Part shown: positions 58,328 to 64,000 of the stretch, piece after piece
Numbering within the stretch: the stretch's first letter is position 1
How the letters are laid out: each line of letters begins with the position of its first letter
Assembly: GCA_964419295.1 (NCBI GenBank)
Contig: CAYQPM010000001.1
Location: forward strand, 8,550 to 72,549
Source of the DNA: an uncultured Stakelama sp.
GTDB taxonomy: Bacteria > Pseudomonadota > Alphaproteobacteria > Sphingomonadales > Sphingomonadaceae
DNA length: 64,000 nt
Direction: 5' to 3'
Position numbers and translations under genes: made by a program
Notes under the pieces: generated by a model
What the model was told of the DNA's origin: nothing
The model's input: the letters and a program-made list of their open reading frames with translations, nothing else
The model's database searches: none

Positions 58328-58624
58328 ATGTTCGCAGTCGTGCGCACGGGCGGCAAGCAGTATCGCGTCGCCGCCGGAGACAAGATCGTCGTCGAGAAGC
58401 TGGACGGCGAAGCCGGCGCATCGATCACGCTGGGTGATGTCCTGCTCGCGGGCGAAGGCTCGGAGCTGAAGAGCGTCGAGGGCCTGACCGTCGCCGCAGA
58501 GATCGTCGCCCAGGCGAAGGCCGACAAGGTCATCGTCTTCAAGAAGCGTCGCCGTCACAATTATCGCCGCAAGAACGGTCATCGCCAGAACCACACGATC
58601 CTCAAGATCGTGTCGGTCGGCTGA
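58328..58624 (+). CDS. rplU: 50S ribosomal protein L21
   Basis: [14 protein letters not shown]...[22 protein letters not shown] at 58235 upstream. Confidence 0.98.
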   Translation: MFAVVRTGGKQYRVAAGDKIVVEKLDGEAGASITLGDVLLAGEGSELKSVEGLTVAAEIVAQAKADKVIVFKKRRRHNYRRKNGHRQNHTILKIVSVG

Positions 58625-58655
58625 ACCTCGCGCAGCGCACAGGAGTTAGAGCAGC

Positions 58656-58925
58656 ATGGCACATAAGAAAGCAGGCGGTTCGTCGCGCAACGGTCGCGAT
58701 TCGGCCGGTCGTCGCCTCGGCGTGAAGAAGTTCGGTGGTCAGGAAGCGATCGCCGGCAACATTCTCGTTCGCCAGCGCGGCACGAAATTCTACCCGGGTG
58801 CGAACGTGGGGATCGGCAAGGATCACACGCTGTTCGCGCTCGTCGACGGCCGCGTGGCGTTCCACGAAGGCAAGCTCGGCCGTAAATTCTGCTCGGTGCA
58901 GATTATGGCGGAAGCCGCCGAATAA
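58656..58925 (+). CDS. rpmA: 50S ribosomal protein L27
   Basis: [16 protein letters not shown]...RQRGT. Confidence 0.98.
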   Translation: MAHKKAGGSSRNGRDSAGRRLGVKKFGGQEAIAGNILVRQRGTKFYPGANVGIGKDHTLFALVDGRVAFHEGKLGRKFCSVQIMAEAAE

Positions 58926-58994
58926 CATCGGGTAACCAACCGGGTTGCCCACCAGGGTGACCCGGGTTCCTCCAGTGCGAGGAACCAGCCAGAC

Positions 58995-59030
58995 AAGGGA
59001 GACGGGTCCGCCCCGGCTCCCTTTTTTCTT
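58995..59030 (+). terminator. Rho-independent terminator of rplU-rpmA
   Basis: GGGAG.CGGG...CCCG.CTCCC stem followed by TTTTTT. Confidence 0.75.
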
Positions 59031-59099
59031 GCTCCCCAACCCTTTGTCCCTGCCGCGTCACAGACGCGTGGCAGCGGCACCGGCCAAGGAGAGAGCAGG

Positions 59100-59645
59100 A
59101 TGTTCGCAAGAACGCAGAGATTGACGCTGCGGCCCGCGTGGCCGGAGGACGCGCCGGCACTGGTGCACGCGATCAACCACGAGGTCATCGCCCGCATGCT
59201 GATGCGCGTGCCGCATCCCTATGACACCGCGGATGCCGATGCGTTCTGCGCCCTGCCCCGCGGGCCGCACGAGCCGCGCTTCCTGATCTTCGCGCATACC
59301 GCAGGTGCGCCGGCATTGATCGGCGGCATCGCAATCGACGAGCTCGACGGCGGCGACATGCTGTTCGGTTACTGGCTGACGCCAGCGGCCTGGGGGCGCG
59401 GCTATGCCACCGAAGCGGGGCGCGCGGTCATCGACATGGCACGCCACGCCCTGCCGCTGCGGCAGCTGAACGCGTGGCACTTTGCGGATAATCCGGCGTC
59501 GGGCGCGGTGCTGCGCAAGCTGGGCTTCCGCGCCTCCGGCGGCCCGACGATGCGCCGCTCCATCGCCCGCGCCACGCCGGCGGAGGCGGTGAGCTATGTG
59601 CTCGACCTGGAAGACGATCGACCGATGATGGCCATCGCGGCCTGA
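59100..59645 (+). CDS. GNAT N-acetyltransferase (RimJ/RimL-like)
   Basis: TQRLTLRP, GYWL..AWGRGYATEA, NPASGAVLRKLGF. Confidence 0.92.
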   Translation: MFARTQRLTLRPAWPEDAPALVHAINHEVIARMLMRVPHPYDTADADAFCALPRGPHEPRFLIFAHTAGAPALIGGIAIDELDGGDMLFGYWLTPAAWGRGYATEAGRAVIDMARHALPLRQLNAWHFADNPASGAVLRKLGFRASGGPTMRRSIARATPAEAVSYVLDLEDDRPMMAIAA

Positions 59646-59771
59646 TCGAAGGGGCGGCCGCGTGTCGCCCCTTGCCCGGTCACCGGCGGCGTGCATGCGA
59701 CAGGTTTGCTTTCACGGGCGTTTCCGCCCAACACGCGACACATCGTCCCCGCCGATCCGCCCGAGGCCATC

Positions 59772-60359
59772 CTGACCACCACTTCGCTCCCGAAACGCCT
59801 CTCTCCTACCGAAAGTCGCAGCGTCGCACTGGTCGCTGCGCAGCAATTGCTCATCGAAAGCGGCCCGGCGGCGGTGACGCTGAAAGCGGTCGGCGCGCGG
59901 ATCGGGCGCACCCACGCCAACCTGCTCCACCATTTCGGTTCCGCCGAAGGGCTGCAGCAGGCACTGATAGCGCGGATGGCAGGCTATATCACGAGCACCA
60001 TCCGCGATGCCGTGCTGAGCAACCGGGACGGGGAGCCCGATCCCCGGCGGATCGTCGATCTGGTGTTCGACGCCTTCGACAGCGGCGGTGCGGGCGCTCT
60101 GGCGAGCTGGATGATCCTGTCCGGCAACCGCGATGCACTCGACCCTATCCTGTCGGCCGTGCACGATCTCGTCGACGAACTCGCCGCAGGCGTGCAGCCG
60201 GCCGCCCGACCGATCCAGGACGAAACCCTCCACCTCGTGCTGATGGCGTTGGGGGATGCGCTGCTTGGTGCGCCGATGGCACGCGCCCTGGACCTTCCCA
60301 GGAGCAAGGCCCGCGACCTTGCGGTGGCAATGCTCACGGCGGGTGACGGCGCCTGCTGA
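59772..60359 (+). CDS. TetR/AcrR family transcriptional regulator
   Basis: HTH: GPAAVTLKAVGARIGRTHANLLHHFGS; start uncertain (CTG 59772 or GTG 59691). Confidence 0.88.
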   Translation: MTTTSLPKRLSPTESRSVALVAAQQLLIESGPAAVTLKAVGARIGRTHANLLHHFGSAEGLQQALIARMAGYITSTIRDAVLSNRDGEPDPRRIVDLVFDAFDSGGAGALASWMILSGNRDALDPILSAVHDLVDELAAGVQPAARPIQDETLHLVLMALGDALLGAPMARALDLPRSKARDLAVAMLTAGDGAC

Positions 60360-60454
60360 AACATCGGCAATGGCCGCTGGCACATCGACAATAGCCCGCC
60401 CCTTATGATCCGCGCGCATCCCGCGCTATGCCGGCGCATCGAGCGAGCGGAAAA

Positions 60455-60634
60455 ATGCTGCTGATCTTTCACCGCATTGTCTGCATTTTCGTCGGTCACA
60501 AGGGTGTGCGTCGCCGCGTCTGGTCGGACGGGTCGCGGCTGCGCTGCCATTGTGACCGCTGCGGCATCGCCCTGGCGAGGCCGCTGGACGGAGACTGGAC
60601 GACCCTCGCTCGTGCCGAACGCGGCAACCGTTAG
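60455..60634 (+). CDS. Small Cys/His-rich hypothetical protein (possible zinc ribbon)
   Basis: C-IFV-GH...CHCDRCG pattern, 59 aa. Confidence 0.6.
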   Translation: MLLIFHRIVCIFVGHKGVRRRVWSDGSRLRCHCDRCGIALARPLDGDWTTLARAERGNR

Positions 60635-60850
60635 GTAAGTCGCGCCCGGGGGGATGTTCGGGACCAGGCGAACGCTTCGTGCGATCGCCGCGAGGAGCCG
60701 CCGGTCGGAGCCGCGATGGGGGTCGCGGCACCGGCCGGCGGTCATCCGGTGCCGCAACGCGGGTGCAGCGATATGTCACCGGAACTTTCGGCAGCACCGG
60801 CCATGATCGTGCGGGGTGGCCGTTCGCGACTATCGCGCTAAAGAGGCGCC

Positions 60851-61897
60851 ATGCATTTCCTCGACCAGGCCAAGATCTTCGTCCGCTCCGGCTCCGGTGG
60901 CCCCGGCGCCGTCAGCTTCCGCCGCGAAAAGTTCATCGAATATGGCGGCCCCGACGGCGGTAACGGCGGCAAGGGCGGCGACATCATCTTCGAGGCGGTC
61001 GCCGGCCTCAATACGCTGATCGACTTCCGCTACACGCAGCATTTCCGCGCGCCGCGCGGATCGGGAGGGTCCGGCAGCAACCGCACCGGCGGCGGCGGCG
61101 ACGATCTGGTCATCAAGGTGCCGGTCGGCACGCAGGTCCTGTCAGAGGACAAGGACGAGGTGCTGCTCGATTTCACCCGCGTCGGCCAGCGGGAGGTCTT
61201 CATGCGCGGCGGCGACGGCGGTCGCGGCAACGCCAGCTACAAGACGTCGACCAACCGCGCGCCGCGCCAGCACGGCACCGGCTGGCCATACGAGGAGGCG
61301 TGGGTGTGGCTGCGGCTCAAGCTGCTCGCAGACGCCGGCCTCGTCGGCCTGCCCAATGCCGGCAAATCGACCTTCATCAACGCGGTGACCAACGCCCAGG
61401 CAAAGGTCGGCGAATATGCCTTCACCACCACCCGCCCGCAGCTCGGGGTGGTGCGCCATCACGCCCGCGAATTCGTCGTCGCCGACATCCCCGGTCTGAT
61501 CGAGGGCGCTGCGGACGGCGCCGGGATCGGCGACCGGTTCCTCGGCCATATCGAACGCTGCCGCGTGCTGCTGCATTTGGTCGATGCCAATGACGACGAT
61601 GTCGCGGAAAGCTACCGCATCGTCCGCGAGGAGCTGGAGGCTTATGGCGGCGGGCTGATCGACAAGCCGCACGTCGTCGCGCTCAACAAGATCGACATGC
61701 TCGACGACGAGTTGATCGAGGCGCTGTCCGCTGAACTGGCGGAAGAGAGCGGCACCGACGTGATCCCGCTGTCGGGCGCGGCGGGCACCGGCGTCGACTG
61801 GGTGCTCGACAAGTTGCTCGAAGCGATCGGCCCCGGCCCCGAATCCGTTCCCGACAGCGACGAGGGCGAAGACGAGATCACCTGGTCGCCGGTCTGA
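60851..61897 (+). CDS. obgE: GTPase ObgE/CgtA
   Basis: MHFLDQAKI, FRREKF..GGPDGG, GLPNAGKST, DIPGLIEGA, NKID. Confidence 0.98.
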   Translation: MHFLDQAKIFVRSGSGGPGAVSFRREKFIEYGGPDGGNGGKGGDIIFEAVAGLNTLIDFRYTQHFRAPRGSGGSGSNRTGGGGDDLVIKVPVGTQVLSEDKDEVLLDFTRVGQREVFMRGGDGGRGNASYKTSTNRAPRQHGTGWPYEEAWVWLRLKLLADAGLVGLPNAGKSTFINAVTNAQAKVGEYAFTTTRPQLGVVRHHAREFVVADIPGLIEGAADGAGIGDRFLGHIERCRVLLHLVDANDDDVAESYRIVREELEAYGGGLIDKPHVVALNKIDMLDDELIEALSAELAEESGTDVIPLSGAAGTGVDWVLDKLLEAIGPGPESVPDSDEGEDEITWSPV

Positions 61898-61902
61898 ATG
61901 GC

Positions 61903-63003
61903 ATGATCTTTCCGCCTGCCGCCTGCCCTCGCCTGATCGTCAAGGTCGGATCGGCGCTGCTCGTAGCGCCGGACGGGGCGGTGCGGCGGGACTGGCTCGC
62001 GACGCTGGTGGCGGACGTGGCGGAACGGATCGCGGCAGGCCAGCAGGTGGCGATCGTGTCATCGGGTGCGATCGCGCTCGGCGCACGCAGGCTGGGCCTG
62101 AGCCATGGCGGTCGCGCCAATCTGGAGGACGCACAGGCTGCTGCGGCCACCGGTCAGATCGCGCTCAGCCAGACCTGGGCCGACCTGCTCGGCCAGCATG
62201 GCATCACCGCTGCCCAGATGCTGGTGACGCTCGACGATCTGGAGGACCGGCGCCGCTATCTGAACGCCGCGGCGACGCTGGGCCGGCTGCTCGGCCTCGG
62301 CGTGGTGCCGGTGATCAACGAAAACGACAGCGTCGCGACCGCGGAAATCCGATTCGGCGACAACGATCGCCTTGCGGCGCGGATCGCCCAGGCATCGTCC
62401 GCCCATGGTGTGGTGCTGCTGTCCGACGTCGACGGGCTGTACGATTCCAATCCGCACGATAATCCGGGCGCCACCCACATCCCGCGAGTCGAGCGCATCG
62501 ACGCGGTTGCGGGCATGGCCGACGGGGGATCGGCGTCGGGCATGGGTTCGGGTGGCATGGTGTCGAAGATCGCCGCGGCGCGCATCGCCACCGCGGCGGG
62601 TGCCGGCCTCGTCATCGTGAACGGACGGGTCGACCATCCGCTGACCGGGACGCCGCGCCACACGCTGTTCGTCGCCGAACGGCCGGCGTCGGCGCGCAAG
62701 GCATGGCTGGCCGGCGGGCTGACCTCGCGCGGGCGGATCGCGATCGATGCGGGGGCGGCACGCGCCTTGTCGGCGGGCGGCAGCCTGCTCGCGGCGGGAG
62801 CGACCCGCGTCGAGGGCGACTTCGCACGCGGCGACCTCGTGACGATCGAGGGGCCTGCGGGCACGGTCGCGCGCGGGCTGGCCGAATATGACGCGGCGGA
62901 TGCGGCCCGGCTGCTCGGCTTGCGGTCGGAGGATCAGGCAGCGGTGCTCGGCTACACGCCGCGCGCCGCGCTGGTGCATCGCAGCCATTTGGCGCTCGTG
63001 TAA
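61903..63003 (+). CDS. proB: Glutamate 5-kinase
   Basis: VKVGS, VSSGAI, INENDSV, FGDND, GSGGMVSK and a C-terminal PUA domain. Confidence 0.96.
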   Translation: MIFPPAACPRLIVKVGSALLVAPDGAVRRDWLATLVADVAERIAAGQQVAIVSSGAIALGARRLGLSHGGRANLEDAQAAAATGQIALSQTWADLLGQHGITAAQMLVTLDDLEDRRRYLNAAATLGRLLGLGVVPVINENDSVATAEIRFGDNDRLAARIAQASSAHGVVLLSDVDGLYDSNPHDNPGATHIPRVERIDAVAGMADGGSASGMGSGGMVSKIAAARIATAAGAGLVIVNGRVDHPLTGTPRHTLFVAERPASARKAWLAGGLTSRGRIAIDAGAARALSAGGSLLAAGATRVEGDFARGDLVTIEGPAGTVARGLAEYDAADAARLLGLRSEDQAAVLGYTPRAALVHRSHLALV

Positions 63004-63902
63004 TGCGCCTCGCGATCACCGGCGCGACCGGCTTCGTCGGCTCCGTCCTGGTCGATCAGGTCGTGGCGGCGGGGCACGACGTGCGGGCGCTGACCCGCCG
63101 CCCCCAGCCCGCCCGCGCAGGCGTCACCTGGATCGACGGCGCCCTCGATCATGCCGCCAGCCTCGCCGCGCTCGTCGATGGCGCGGAGGCGATCGTCCAT
63201 GTCGCCGGGGTGGTGAGCGCCCCTGACCGCGCCGGTTTCGTCGCCGGCAACATCGACGGCACGCGCGCGATCCTGGCCGCAGCGGAAGCGGCGGGCGTGC
63301 GCCGCTTCGTCCATGTGTCCTCCCTCTCCGCCCGCGAGCCGTCGCTGTCGATCTACGGCTGGTCGAAGGCGGAGGCCGAAGCGCTGGTCGAGGGGAGCGG
63401 CCTTGCATGGAGCATCGTGCGCCCGAGCGGGGTCTATGGCCCCGGCGACAGCGAGATGCGCGACCTGTTCAAGGCGGCGACCTTCGGCATCGCGCTGCTG
63501 CCGCCGCGCGGCACGGTTTCGCTGGTCGCGGTGACCGATCTCGCGCGCCTGCTGCTGGCCCTCGCGATCCGGGACGTACCGCCCGCCGTCTACGAGGTCG
63601 ATGACGGCCATGCGCTGACCCACGCCGCGCTCGCGCAGGCGATCGGTCGCGCGGTCGGCCGCCGCCGCGTTCTGGCGCTGCATCTGCCCCGTGCGCTGAT
63701 GATGCTGGGCGCCCGGCTCGACCGACGCCTGCGCGGCGCGGGCGCCAAGCTCACCCCGGATCGGGTCGGTTATCTCTGTCATCCCGACTGGACCGCCCGG
63801 GCGGCGATGCGGCCACCGGCGGCGCTGTGGCGCCCGGCGGTCACGCCCAATGCGGGACTTGACGAAACCGCGCGATGGTATCGCGCGGAGGGGTTGCTAT
63901 AG
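63003..63902 (+). CDS. NAD-dependent epimerase/dehydratase (candidate ceramide reductase CerR-like)
   Basis: TGATGFVG, HVSSL, YGWSK, RPSGVYGPGD; directly upstream of an ACP-like gene. Confidence 0.85.
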   Translation: MRLAITGATGFVGSVLVDQVVAAGHDVRALTRRPQPARAGVTWIDGALDHAASLAALVDGAEAIVHVAGVVSAPDRAGFVAGNIDGTRAILAAAEAAGVRRFVHVSSLSAREPSLSIYGWSKAEAEALVEGSGLAWSIVRPSGVYGPGDSEMRDLFKAATFGIALLPPRGTVSLVAVTDLARLLLALAIRDVPPAVYEVDDGHALTHAALAQAIGRAVGRRRVLALHLPRALMMLGARLDRRLRGAGAKLTPDRVGYLCHPDWTARAAMRPPAALWRPAVTPNAGLDETARWYRAEGLL

Positions 63903-63944
63903 CGCCGCAACCCTGCCGTAATTGGCCGCCATGCAGAGAGCATC

Positions 63945-64000
63945 ATGACCGACCGCACCCAAATCCTCGACACCATCACGGCGCAGATCGAACCCTTCAA
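63945..64000 (+). CDS. Acyl carrier protein, sphingolipid-type (partial, runs off window)
   Basis: MTDRTQILDTITAQIEPF.. resembles the N-terminus of sphingomonad spt-linked ACPs; GAGAG RBS; only 18 codons visible. Confidence 0.6.
   Translation, partial: MTDRTQILDTITAQIEPF

Overview
This is a GC-rich alphaproteobacterial chromosome segment; gene content and order point to Sphingomonas or another Sphingomonadaceae (inference). Most of it is core genome: leuA, a folE-SDR-folB pterin cluster, a TonB-dependent receptor, grxC/comF, tamAB, a thiolase, selO-astD, the cobA-cysI-cysH sulfur operon, hspQ, rplU-rpmA, obgE-proB, and the start of a probable sphingolipid locus. Two tRNAs are present (Arg-CCT, Ser-CGA). 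Two signalling loci stand out. (1) At 11.7-16.2 kb an unannotated 19-aa ORF (MLKLIAAFFSAVTVDIQPW) has a strong RBS, a perfect CtrA box and its own long hairpin. It is divergent from an operon encoding an EAL phosphodiesterase, a periplasmic-TPR hybrid histidine kinase and a single-domain response regulator, and is a candidate peptide-pheromone system in a Gram-negative bacterium. (2) At 44-50 kb a TpsB-like outer-membrane protein with no TpsA nearby is divergent from an operon encoding a FecR protein with a long Ala/Lys/Asp-rich helical tail, a PilZ protein and a CHASE2-EAL protein, and is a candidate trans-envelope c-di-GMP relay. Locus 2 lies in an accessory-looking block between cysH and tRNA-Ser that also carries an isolated rpsU. 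No CRISPR array, rRNA, integrase or transposase was recognised. All family assignments are by-eye motif recognition, not database searches.
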